Below, one piece after another: positions 26,916 through 38,951 of a DNA stretch of 64,000 bases. The notes below the pieces were generated by a model. The model was not told where the DNA came from. It saw nothing but the letters and a program-made list of their open reading frames with translations, and did no database searches. Source of the stretch: Haliotis rufescens (lineage: Eukaryota). The stretch lies in the NCBI RefSeq assembly GCF_023055435.1, contig NW_025963779.1:18848001-18912000 (forward strand). The letters are read 5' to 3'. Both the position numbers and the translations under genes were made by a program. Every line of letters begins with the position of its first letter. The stretch's first letter is position 1.

Positions 26916-27720
26916 CGTATTATATAGGTCCATATTCACGCCAAGAATATCCAGAACCAGTAGAAATATTAAACATTCTGCTCAACACCATCTTATGGTG
27001 GTATCGTCTAAATATATGTTGAACTATATAGCTATAGCAAAGTGTATAGCATACATAAGGCGAAGAGGAGTTATAACTTCACTGTAGTATATGTTGTAAA
27101 TATATTACCTTGAACTTTGGCCACTGTCATTGGGAATCAGCTATCCCCCCACACATCGTCAACACCTACATCCAAGCTGGATCGTTGTCAAACAAGTTCG
27201 ACAGTACTCTGTTTACAGCCCGTAAGAAACTAGTCCATGGCGTAGGGATAAGCGTATTACTGGAGTCCGGAGTCGCGAATTAATCTACTTAGGGCTGACA
27301 TTATTTTTGTTCAGTCATGTATTCCCGTTTGCCGTGCCCTACACCGGGGTATGCTGGGGGATTATAGTGTTGTCGTCAGTCTACAGGTGGGTAGGGGCGG
27401 GGGTTATCTCCCATACAATATCTGATCAATATTGGTTTTGGAGCGAGTAATGTGTTTGACAACGTGTCCGTCACCTTTCTTGTTACTGTCACAAGGGGCA
27501 AGCCGGGTGTACGGGGCGCGACATTGTACGTACAACTACAGCGCTGGCTATGTGACATTACAGGAATGCACACGAAGACGTCATAAAACCCCTCGTTCTC
27601 TGTATATCTATACAAGTTCAAACAGGTTGAATACAAACAACGGCGAGACTTAACTTTGACAATGGGGAATACAAGGCCGTAGTTAACTTTTTTTGACAGT
27701 GGGTGGGCGGGGTGTGGTGG

Positions 27721-27778
27721 GTGTGTGTGTGTGTGTGTGTGTGTGTTTGTGGGGGGGGGGGGGGGGGGGGGGGGGGGG
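27721..27778. repeat. (GT)n plus poly-G tract
   Basis: GT run followed by 28 consecutive G. Confidence 0.9.
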
Positions 27779-28175
27779 TCAGTTGCCGCCCTGGATTCTT
27801 TATAGAAATCAGTTTTATTTGAATCATGAAAATACAAGTTGGGGATAAGTGATACTTGTACAGATATTTGCCACGGCACTGGAACAGTTAACTCAATTTC
27901 ACATACAATAGGACATAGTTGATGAAGAAGACTGGAAGAAAGTGGCAGTCTCCCAAACCCTAGACAATAAAATATAAAGGAATCCAACTCAAGTCTAGAA
28001 TTACTTATCAATTCTAGATTGCCTCAGCTCTGAAAATAAGCATTGTTCTTGGTTAAATTTGAATTGTACTGTTTATTTTGTGGATATATATATATATTTA
28101 AATGAGATAACATATTTCTGAGATTAAATGTTAGTCTAGGACGCTGGCTGTATGACGAAATATATTTAGGTAAAA

Positions 28176-28442
28176 GACCCGTGAAGATCCCGGGTAGAAT
28201 AGGTCTTCGGCAAACCCATGCTTGCCGTAAAAGGCGACTATGCTTGTGGTAAGAGGCGACTAACGGGATCGGTTGGTCAGGCTCGTTGACTTGGTTGATG
28301 CATGTCATCGTAACCCAATTTCGTAGGTCGATGCTCATGATGTCAATCACTGGATTGTCTGGTCCAGACTCGATTATTTACAGACCGCCGTCATATAGCT
28401 GGAATATTGCTGAGTGTGGCGTTAAAAACAAACAAACAATCA
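28176..28442 (+). mobile_element. Family A SINE-like retroposon, full-length reference copy
   Basis: Starts GACCCGTGAAGATC, ends GCGTTAAA + AAAC-type tail; 12-bp TSD ATTTAGGTAAAA (28164-28175, 28443-28454); no tRNA A/B boxes recognised. Confidence 0.9.
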
Positions 28443-28489
28443 ATTTAGGTAAAACAATCTAATGCTTTCATTTCATTTGTTATATTTTC

Positions 28490-28656
28490 AACTTCTTTAC
28501 TATGAGGAACACGTTTCGGAGTATATGCTTACTCCTATATCAGGTGAATGAAGGAGTAAGCATATACTCCGAAACGTTGTGTTCCTCATAATAAAGAAGT
28601 TGACATCCATAAATTCTCTTCCTTATGTGTATCACTTCTAAATGTCTTTCAAAGAC
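28490..28656. mobile_element. Fold-back Penelope-like remnant with a hammerhead-core remnant (second subfamily)
   Basis: Inverted arms centred near 28546; 12-bp TSD TGTTATATTTTC (28478-28489, 28657-28668); ATGA-A-GGAGTA-agcata-TACTCC-GAAACGTT on plus and CTGAT on minus. Confidence 0.7.
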
Positions 28657-30494
28657 TGTTATATTTTCGTTTACCTTTTGTGATGTCCGTTACATACACG
28701 AGAGAGATAGAATGTATAAAGACACCAACATCACATCTTGTAAGGCAGAGGAATCCAACCTGTTGCTCGCGTTAGAAGGTACCAGCCCTCTTTTTGCACG
28801 TCTGACACCGAGCCTCGTTAAGCGTTATTCCGGATGTCGCAGAGCAGATGTTTATCTGGTATGCGGATGCCAATATTTCAATATTGAAATATGTTTCTTC
28901 TTTTTCTTTTTTGCAAAGAGCAAATAGTTAGACTATGAGCACGCATGGTCATGCATTCTATGTGAAAATCCCATCTAAATGTCCCAAGAAAATTTAAGCC
29001 GGATGCCTATATAGCAGAGTTGGGGATTTGAAACACTCCATCCCCCAATCCACCCCCACCCCACTCCCCACAACACAGACAGACAGGATTGATAATAGCA
29101 CGTGGCCTAATTGACTCTCTTGATCGGTAAATAAATGCAATCCCTTTTCCAAAGACTGTTCGGTATGCCCCGGTACGAATACGTCCATATGATAGTGTAT
29201 TTAAAAGCACATATCACCTTTGAAAAAAGAAAACAGATCACGCTCCATTTACTCTACAGGGCCTCTCAATTCGCAATGGCCATAACTCTCTTTCACACTG
29301 TTAAGTGACAGATCCACCATAAAACATGTGTCCCTTGTCGAGCTGCACACCTGTCGCGGTAACGCGCTACCTGTTCCAAGCACCTGTTGCTACTGTGACC
29401 CGGGTCACCGCTTGACCTCGATGACTTTAGACACAATCCTCACCTTTCGCCTCTCACCTGTCGGGAGTGATGATCAAGATGAATGCAACCGGACCCGTTT
29501 GAAAAGAACAGGTGGAGTTTAAGAAAAGTCTGCTTCCTGTGGAATCACCTTTTGTCGCTGTACATATATTTACCGTGTCCGCGATTAAGGAAACCACAAC
29601 GCTTTGCTCGCGTCAAATTGCTTTATTTGCATTTAGATGCGTGTATGTACATGGTAGCGCAGTTTGTCGCTGTACGAGGACGGGCTAAATAGGATATAGG
29701 TTTCATTTCCGTTATCCACAAAGGCCTCCACATGAATGTGATATCCAAGGCTAACACAAAGACCCCCAACGAAATAAGATCGTCCTCAAGCCTGCTGTTT
29801 GGGAAGCCGGGTATGATTATACCACCTCAAATAACTCGTAGGTGGTAAATAACACAGTGAGCATGGGGCGAGGAAGTTATGCGTTAACAGGCATAGCTCG
29901 TGAAGGATTCCCGGTGAGATTCAAAAGCATATTCTGCATACACTCAATACCTGGATATACTCTAATGTTCATTTCAACAATTGTTTACGCAAAACGTTAA
30001 TCCATACCAATCTAAACATTATAAAACATTATTAAAACAATGTAAATGTGTTTCAAAAAGCGTCTATGATGCATATCAATAATTATTGACCAAATTACTG
30101 AGACGATGTCTAGACTAGACTCGGATTGACGATCAAGCTGAGGACCACATCTATTTCCCTCCTTAAACGTTCAAGTCTGACCGACGTGCATTCACCAAGG
30201 CATCATAAGAACTATGCTCTGGTTGGTTCAGTGAATGGTTAATATTGGACCTTCTGATTGGCCAATATAGATCGTTATTGTTTCAGCGATTGGATGTGTT
30301 CTAATGTTATGTACCAACTCAGACTCATATATAGGAATTGGTGCTGTCCGCCCGCCACGTTTAGTTTCCGGAGCATGACTTGGAAATCGTTCTATAGTTT
30401 ATAATGAAACTTTGCTTATGTATCAATCGCATATTGAACTTGTGCCTTTTGGTGTTTTTGGTCAAATCAACTGTGACAGGTACCGGCTGTAAAC

Positions 30495-30757
30495 GACCTG
30501 TGAAGATCCGGGGTAGAATAGGTCTTCAGCAACCCATGCTTGCTGTAAAAGGTGATTATGCTTCTCGTAAAAGGCGACTAACGGGATCGGGTGGTCAGGC
30601 TCGCTGACTTGGTTGATGCATGTCATCAATCCCAATTGCGTGGATCGATGCTAATGGTGTCAATCACTGGATTGTTTGGTCCAGACTCGACTATTTACAG
30701 ACCGCCGTCATATAGCTGGAATATTGCTGAATGCGGCGTTAAACAACCAACCAACCA
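30495..30757 (+). mobile_element. Family A SINE-like retroposon, full length
   Basis: 13-bp TSD ACCGGCTGTAAAC (30482-30494, 30758-30770). Confidence 0.9.
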
Positions 30758-31099
30758 ACCGGCTGTAAACGGGACTAAAGTATGCGGTGGAAGAGCTGAG
30801 GCATGAGGTATAGTGACGGTGGTATACGGTTACTTGATTTTCACTTATTTTCTTCGATTTTTATAGGAGTATATACAGCCAACGGGTGACTAGGTTAAAC
30901 TGTTAGATTGTTATAGAGTCTACGTGCGATTTGAGTTAACATACAATAAAGTACATTTTAATGGCTGAATCATAGCTGACATTGCCAAATGGCCCGTATA
31001 CAAGGTCTTCCTACTACATAACTTATGGTCAACCTATGTCTTCTGCCCATGCGCAGCCAATAGTAAATCACTCAGTGACAATGTATACAACACCCCAGG

Positions 31100-31355
31100 T
31101 TGTGTTTGTTTGTCTGTTGCTTAATGCCGCAATGCCGCACTCAGCAGTATCCCAGCTATATGACGGCGGTTCGCAAATAATCAAGTCTGGACCAGACTGT
31201 CCAGTGATTGACATCATGGGCATCGATCTACGCATGTTGGATACGATGACATGCATCAACCAAGTCAACGAGCCTGACCACCGTATCCCGTTAGTCGTCT
31301 CTTACGACAAGCATGGGTTGCTGAAGACCACTTCTAACCCGGGTCTTCACAGGTT
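31100..31355 (-). mobile_element. Family A SINE-like retroposon, variant with a single 22-bp unit
   Basis: Reverse complement of family A; only one ATGCTTGTCGTAAGAGRCGACT unit. Confidence 0.85.
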
Positions 31356-31467
31356 CACTCCAAGTATAACACAGTGGGAACATTGCCCACCTTTGCATTA
31401 CTATATATCTAGATTTGACTATGGGTAATATGTGACATGTTTTGTATCAACTGATTACATCTATATA

Positions 31468-31633
31468 GAGGCGGTTGGGTAGCCTAGGCGTTGAGCGTTC
31501 GCTCGTCACGCCGCAGCCCGGGTTCGATTCTTAACATGAGTGTAATGTGTGAATCCCATTTCTGGTGCATGTCAGCCGTGATATTTCTGGAATGTTGGTA
31601 AAAACGGCGTTAAGCCAAACTCACTCACTCACT
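31468..31633 (+). mobile_element. tRNA-head SINE (family B)
   Basis: A-box-like TAGCCTAGGCG, B-box GGTTCGATTC, 3' end ctggaatgttggtaaaaacggcgttaa shared with family A, (ACTC)n tail, flanked by the direct repeat TACATCTATATAG. Confidence 0.8.
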
Positions 31634-31803
31634 ACATCTATATAGGAACAAGGCGTGATGATGACGAGGTATAATTTACACATGCATCGTGACATCTCCT
31701 GCCACAGTATCGGTACAGTCCAGTATAAGCAGGTCATGCTGGTTGAATGCCCATGTGATCTTCGTGTATGCAGTAGTTTCACAGACGTACCTCTAAACGT
31801 TAT

Positions 31804-32073
31804 ATTGGTTGGTTGGTTTGTTGTTTAACGCCGCACTCAGCAATATTCCAGCTATATGACGGCGGTCTGTCAATAATCGAGTCTGGGCCAAACAATCCAG
31901 TGATTAATATCATGAGCATCGATCCACGCAATTGGGATCGATGACATGCATCAACCAAATCAGCGAGCCTGACCACCCGATCCCGTTAGTCGCCTTTTAC
32001 GACAAGCATAGTCACCTTTTACGGCAAGCATGGGTTGCTGAAGACCTATTCTACCCCGGAATCTTCACGGGTC
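31804..32073 (-). mobile_element. Family A SINE-like retroposon, full length
   Basis: Reverse complement of family A; TSD AAACGTTAT on both sides. Confidence 0.9.
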
Positions 32074-32199
32074 AAAACGTTATCTAGGGATAACGATTTG
32101 CACCGTCTCGTTTATTTGTATGCAGTAGTGATGGGTTTTGTCGTTGTATTAAAGATGTTCAAATGTTGGTTGGGAAATCTACTTGTATAGATAGATAGT

Positions 32200-32370
32200 G
32201 AGTGACTGATTTTAACCCGCATTTAGCAAGCAACAGACCTACTATACTATAGTTTATGGCAGTGGCGCCACCAGAAATAGACTTTAAACATTTAACTCGT
32301 GTAGGGTATCGACCCGACTCTAAGGCGACGACCTGACACTTTAACCACCAGGCTATCCCGCCGCACCGCA
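32200..32370 (-). mobile_element. Degenerate family B tRNA-head SINE
   Basis: Reverse complement reads gcgggatagcctggtggttaaagtg...atttctggtggcgcc...gcgggttaaaatcagtcactcact. Confidence 0.55.
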
Positions 32371-34053
32371 AAAGCAAGGAATTTTGAGAACAGTATGCTT
32401 TGTATATGAGTTGAATTTGTGAGGTACTTGAACACCAAGACATCAGTATTTCAAGGAACTCGAGTATTTAACATTTAACTCGTGTATGGCTTCTCCCGAC
32501 ATCAAATACAACATACACGAATGTTTATTATACAGACTTAGATAATCCGTACAACAGTACACTTACACATTGTGTGTAAATAAAAGCGTCACATTCTAAA
32601 TCCAAGGGGCAGTGAATAGCACAACATATTCCAATGGGGTAATAGTGCGATAAAATCTTTAGAAATCGAATGGCTTTGTTCTGAACTTCAGTCTTACCTT
32701 CGCATGCGGTTATCTGATCTCCAAATGAAGCTTCAGGCTTTTCGCGATATTACAGAAACTCACGACCGTTAGTGTGTAGCATGTGCATGATTCATTATGT
32801 CGCGATGGGCGCAATGTTCAGAAGCCAGTCAGGGCAATCTTACCGGGTGTGTGGAGACGAACGTGTCTCAGCTAGGCGACATAGAACTTGTCGTGTCTAC
32901 TCTCTTCTGTCCCCCGGCACCAGACGATCTATGTGTCGTCTGCCCTGGAGGCAGGCGATCTGTGTCGTCTGCTGCACCACCACGTTGGGACGACCAAGGC
33001 TGTCAAAGTTCTGTAGTCCAACACCTTTACTCTGTCTGGGAGTGATTTGGTAAACAAATTAATCAATACATCTGGATTTGACTTGGTCGTCTGCCCTGTC
33101 CGTGTTTACCTTTTCTCAACAACGTAAAGTGACATGATCCAACTTCCCACAGATAAAATCACAGGTAGCTAGCTGTGCTATAATTGGTGAAGCCGGTAAA
33201 AGTGTCCATAGGCTGGTGACGCGCGTAAACATAACCTATTGAAAGAGTACAGCACTCCGAGAGTAGCCGGTAAACACAACTAAATACCCTTGCAAAACGA
33301 CATGTACAAATCCCATTCTAGCCTCCACATAAAGCCGCGGCCTCCTATCGTCTTGACGGTAGCTTAGCATTCTACTGACTGGCAGCAAACATTACTATAA
33401 CGCGTGCACCGACCGAGTATTTCATATCTAGCATGCCGTTATTGTTTATAGGGAGTATACCGGGTCACCGCTCTTGTTCGATCACTATATTTAACTATAT
33501 CAAACTTAGTCGCAATCGATCAAACCAATAAATTGTTTTAATATTGATCTAAACAAAACAGTTCCGTCGTGGTGTTGTTTGGGCTTTCAATAAAGCTTTC
33601 TTTGAAGCAATAATGTAACAAACAGCAGCAAGGGTAGGAGACAGATATTGTTTCGCTGACAGGCAAAGTGAATGGGAAAATGGCAATCAATAACACGATT
33701 GCTATCGAGACACTTTCAGGGAATAAAGTGATTACGTTGAGTGACTTTGAAAGCTATATAATCACGTCGAGAGAGGTTGTCAAATATCATGATGATATAA
33801 AACAGTGTCAATACTGAGTGATAAATATAAAGATATATTGTCAAATACTGATTTCAAAGTCCCAATGGTTCAACAGGCATTTGCGTCATCTGTACTTTGT
33901 GGTATACGGTGTTCTTTGATCTTTTTAACTGTTCTTGAAATCAATAAAAGAAATAAACAAAAGATAAAATAAATTCAGGATACCTTTTTGCAATTTATTT
34001 AAGTCCACAATACCCACAGAAATAACAAATGAAATAAACAAGAAGAAAATCAA

Positions 34054-34630
34054 CATCTTCCCGAGGCAAGAGCGTTATCTGACTATTAAAGTCCAGTTTC
34101 CACCCTTGCTGGACTCCTGGAGTTACATTTTGGCTGGACTAACGAGTCTATGCATAGTCCAATGGGCGGATACACGGGGGGTGGGGGTGGGGTGGAGGGG
34201 TGGGGGGATCACTCCCCACCCCCACACTTTTATTTCGAAAAAAATCTTTATTTCTGTATAAATTACCACCAAAGTCAATAAATAGATCTTAATTGTGCAA
34301 CCCCCCTTTTCAAAAAAGCTGTATCCGCCCATGAGTTCAATCAAAGTCCAATCCAATCAAAACGAACTAGACATCCGGTTCGTAAACATATACCAAATTT
34401 CAAAGCTATCAAACGACAATATAATATGATGGTGGCAACAATTTGATTTTCATTGGCAACAGGTCAGAATCTCTTGCACAGGTTACGGTTACATCACCGC
34501 CAAACATGCCAAGTCCCAGCAAGATGGGTCTGGTGGTTTCAGAGGGGAGGGTTTACACTCAACCACGACATGCTGACTTGACAGAAACTTAATATATCCG
34601 TAATAATTGGCTTTGGTGCATCGGGAAGTA
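34054..34630. mobile_element. Degenerate Mutator-like MITE (CATCTTCCCGAGGCAAG family) with a nested GC-rich MITE at ~34162-34332
   Basis: Left end matches 61925. The host sequence is interrupted by ATGGGCGGATAC...GTATCCGCCCAT with a degenerate AGTCCAA/AGTTCAA duplication. Confidence 0.65.
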
Positions 34631-34691
34631 ATAGCCAACGTCATTTTGTCACCTTTTATTCAGATCCTCATAGTTATTCCATCAAAAATAA

Positions 34692-35199
34692 ACCCGCGAA
34701 GATCCGGGTCAGAATAGGTCTTCAGCAACCCATGCTTGCCGTAAAAGACGACTAACGGGATAGGGTGGTCAGGCTCGTTGACTTGGTTGATGCATGTCAT
34801 CGTATCCCAATTGCGTGGATCGATACTCATGATGTCAATCACTGGATTGTCTGGTCCAGACTCGATTATTTACAGACCGCCGTCATGTAGTTGAAATATT
34901 GCTGAGTGCGGCGTTAAACAACAACCAAACCAAACCTAAACATTTCACTCTAATCGTGGTACTTTGTAGTCAAGCAAAGACTACATATGCAAGTCATATC
35001 TGCAAGAATACAAATGTTAGTGATGAAGAGTGTTTAGAGTGCGGCGTTAAACAACAACCAAACCAAACCTAAACATTTCACTCTAATCGTGGTACTTTGT
35101 AGTCAAGCAAAGATTACATATGCAAGACATATCTGCAAGAATACAAATGTTAGTGATGAAGAGTGTTTAGAGTGCGGCGTTAAACAACAAACAAACCAA
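34692..35199 (+). mobile_element. Family A SINE-like copy with a 133-bp tandemly repeated 3' extension
   Basis: Body 34692-34935; the unit starting GAGTGCGGCGTTAAAC recurs at 34904, 35037 and 35170; the TSD-like CCATCAAWAATA flanks the whole structure. Confidence 0.8.
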
Positions 35200-35285
35200 C
35201 CATCAATAATATGCCAAAATAAAAATCTAACTTTCAATATCATAATGAACAGTACTGTCCTGACCAATGGATCAAACCTCGCACA

Positions 35286-35382
35286 AAATTACAGCTACAA
35301 GATATATGGTCGCACCCAGTGTCGGTATACTATATATAGTTGACTGACACAGGGTGTGACCATATATCTTGTAACTGCTATT
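35286..35382. repeat. ~95-bp imperfect palindrome (probable MITE)
   Basis: cagctacaagatatatggtcgcacccagtgtcgg pairs with ctgacacagggtgtgaccatatatcttgtaactg. Confidence 0.7.
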
Positions 35383-35878
35383 TTGGCGTTGCAAGCCCCT
35401 GTGTGTGTATATGGGTATACATTATGTATGTATGAATTCCTCAAAGACACTTCCATCAGCTTTCCATCATAGTTTAGTTCCTACACAGTAGAAGTCTTCA
35501 TACATGAAGTAATACGCACGTCTGTCCTTATTACCTAGCAAAGAAGCATATAAAAACGCTATTCCAATTAAAAAATCTAGTTTGACAGTTGGTGTTTTTA
35601 TTCTGGGGACCATGACGACTTAACATTCAAGTGGGTAGCGTGATGAAGTTGTTGGATATTCGGTGTTCGAGTTTAAACAAATAGACGATTGACGTTTATT
35701 ACAACACTATTGTGGTTATGTCAGTCTTCAGTGGTTAAGTCGTTTTTTCGACCTTTCAAACGTGTTATGGGCACAATACGTGAGTTTTATTTCTTTTGCG
35801 CCTGGGCATTGGTGAATTTTACGTACGCTTCTAATAATAGGACAGGTGCGACGGACATATGCGCATTATTTCTGCGCA

Positions 35879-35919
35879 TTTACCATAGCAACGTCAGCCA
35901 TACTGCTTCCGTGTAAACA
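35879..35919 (+). promoter_or_regulatory. RFX X-box plus forkhead site upstream of SPAG8
   Basis: TTTACCATAGCAAC 35879-35892 (13/14 to GTYNCYATRGNAAC) and GTAAACA 35913-35919, within 130 bp of the ATG of a ciliary gene. Confidence 0.6.
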
Positions 35920-36005
35920 ATCCTAAATGCTTGCTGTATCGCCTCCACTTTTTTAGAGAGAGCGTGAATTTAACATACCTTTTCAATCATCGCACTGCTT
36001 TTAAT

Positions 36006-38533
36006 ATGAGTTTACTTAATCAAGGTCGGAATGAGATAAGGTTCAACAACTCTGGAGGAAAATGTTTGCTAGAGAACTGGGTCGAAGAGGTAAGAAGGCG
36101 ACTTGATCTTTCGGCGAGTGTCACACCCAATATTCACACAATGCATGTATCCTCGTCTGATATTTGGCTAATTTCGGGTGATAACACGTATGATTATTTC
36201 AAAAAATTACTCTAATATGTATTTAACATTTTGTATTTTCTGGCGTTTAATCAAATATATGTTAAAGTTTAATTAGACTAATATATTATTGATGTTAGAA
36301 AATACCAAAACGTTACGATGTCTCTACTTACAAGACAATTTACAAAGCGATATTGCCCACTGCAAGATATGTATTTTGTGTAACATTTATAGTCGTCAAT
36401 TGAAGTTATCAAAGGATGTTGGTGTTTATAATGATGTCCTTTGATCACTTTGGACCTAATGCCTGGTCATTCTGATCCGTTTCATTTGAATATTCCTCAT
36501 AAAGGTATCCACAAAACCATTGTTTCACGGATGATTCATCTCGGGACATCATTTTGTAAAAAGTGAGCAATACACTACACTAATGATTGAAATGGATAAT
36601 ACTGACTCGCTTAGTGACAAAGTGAACAATACCAATCACATCACTGTACCTGCTGCAAGCTAAAGCTGCGATTCATTGTTCTTTTGCTGAATCATTTCAG
36701 TAAAGTAATGTGAAGGAATGATGACAGTGTAGATAAAAGTGTATGCCTTGAAGTATCCCTCATATGACTCAAAGATGTAATTCACAGTTAGGGATGCCCA
36801 TGTTAAGACAACTCGCTTTTGTCAGCACTAAGCATAGTTCATAATAGTTAAAATGCCAGTAGGAAGTAATGTTTAAAAGATTTTTCGACATACATCACTA
36901 CAAGCTCTAGTTACTAAATGATTTAGTTTCTAATGCTATCTATAGGCAGATAATAATAAATATGAAACCTGCTACTTTTAACACTGGATAGATTGCTATA
37001 TTAAGCAAGCACCTTCTATTATAACTGAATATTTCTTTAACAATGGCATCAATTCGGACATCTTTTGCATTTCAGAGAGCTGTGAAGGAGATAGAACCTG
37101 CCAATGATAGCAACAATGTTGCCAGTGCTCAGATGTTTAAAGATGGACATCAAGGAATTTTATCAACAGCTTTCAACGCTAAACCTGAGAAACTGACAAC
37201 ATTTACAGATGCATATAGGGAACCTGTTAGGCCTGATGTCAGACAGATAGGTAATGAAACGTCTATCATTCTGTAACTTCATGTGTGTGGAAGATATATT
37301 CCCTGTCTCAGTCAGTGTACATTACTGTGTACAATGGAATGAGGAAAAAGCTAAACACTGTAACACCTAACCTGTGTATAAAATATGAAGATATTAATAA
37401 TGAAGAAATGTGTTATCCTTTCAGGAAGAAAAGCTGAATTAATGCAGCAGATGTTGTTTGAGAAAGTCAGGTAAGCTCACAATCAGTTGGATCTTGGATT
37501 GGTATAATGATGTACATGTATTACATAAATTGGTAATAACAAGAAAATGTATGTCCAAAGATTTGATAATCTGAAAAAGTCAACAATAAGCGCAAGCAGC
37601 TAATCTTTATGTTGAATGTGTTTGACAGTCAAGAAGTACACGATGAGTTCAACGAACCACCCCCTGAGGCTGACTTCAGATCTGTCACAATGGCTGACTT
37701 CAACAAGCCTGATTTTGTGTCCATTAAACCCAAACCGTCAGCTGTAAGTAATCAAAGATAAATCTGGTTATCTCTTATGTCAAATTCCCACCAACTTTCA
37801 AATTAGAAAGTCTTCTAATGCATATAGAAATTTAATGACAAGCATGAGTGATATTGTTCATAAACAGGAGGCTAATGACTTGAATGACTTTTGAAATATT
37901 TCACTTACAATCTAAACTTTGGCAATTCAATTCTTCCATTTCTAAACTGTCCAGTTCACAGCCAACTAACATAAACATGTAGAGTTCTAAATCAGAACAA
38001 TAAAAGTAGAAGAATATTCATTTGTAGATCTAAATGCACATCTAACATATTTAAGTGAACACAGTGTTTCAATATTATGGTCTTTATCTGTTTTCAGAAT
38101 CATGATTACCGGACAGATCAGCCAGTCAGCTTCTGGTCTGAACACAGAGATAGAGCAACAGTGAGTTATCTGCCCTTTATTTTATTAGACACATTAAGAA
38201 GTTGTCAAAATGAACACAAGTAAACTTATTATACAACCTCATCAATGTCCAATAACATATCTGCTATCCTTTTTGTTAAATATAATTGATGTAACATGAT
38301 GGTTAAACAAAGGCTTTCTCCTCCATGTTCTTTGGGCATTGTCCATGGTTGGTTAAAACATCTTGTCAAATGGAGCTGTTGATGCTGACTGTTATTTCTT
38401 CCATCATCAGGGTGTGACACAGAAGAAGACTAGGGACACAGTGTTTCGCAAGAATGATGGCTTCAGTAAACCAATCAGTGAATACTGGGATGAGCCGCAG
38501 CCATATGAGCTGGAAAACTATCCCAAAATGTGA
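36006..38533 (+). CDS. SPAG8: Sperm-associated antigen 8-like ciliary microtubule inner protein, 201 aa; join(36006..36089,37076..37250,37425..37470,37629..37743,38098..38160,38411..38533)
   Basis: Motifs GKCLLENWVEER, FKDGHQGIL, HDYRTDQPVSFW, GVTQKKTRDTVFRKNDGFSKP and PYELENYP parallel the conserved C-terminal part of vertebrate SPAG8. All introns are GT-AG with matching phases; 606 nt; AATAAA at 38867-38872. Confidence 0.9.
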
Positions 38534-38951
38534 ACATTTTAACTTTGTGATATTCTTCAGTCATTGGGTAAACACAGATTGTAAAATTTCGTAAAATCCA
38601 CTTCACAGCAGGAATGTGGAGGGGTACTTGAACTTCTCATTTGTTGTAAGATTTACTGTAATAATAATATCTAGAGAATAGGAAACTTATCTACATCTGT
38701 CATGTTTCATATTTTATTGTTTGAAATCTGAATATATTTAGATCAAAACTCCTGTCTTAAATTGGTATCAGTGGATCTATTTTAACTTTATCCATTTTGT
38801 GAAGATGTGGTGTGCATGTCTGTCACTGGACTGATCTTGTCCATACTTTGTACATTGTCATTTACTAATAAATGTTCTTGTAAATACAGAAAATTGATGT
38901 TTATACATAATGGTGTAAGAGTATACATACAGAAGATACTTGTAGCACTAC

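Noticed and set aside
27376-28011. 211-aa ORF with poly-Pro and TH repeats
   Set aside because: Produced by the poly-G and (GT)n tracts.
28176-28270. HDV-like ribozyme in the family A head (GACTAACGGGATC can pair with GATCCCG)
   Set aside because: P1 and P1.1 could not be placed and the P2/P3 order does not fit the HDV topology.
31468-31545. Possible tRNA genes (also 55583 and 58578)
   Set aside because: A/B boxes are present but there is no complete cloverleaf, and the sequence continues into SINE body and tail.
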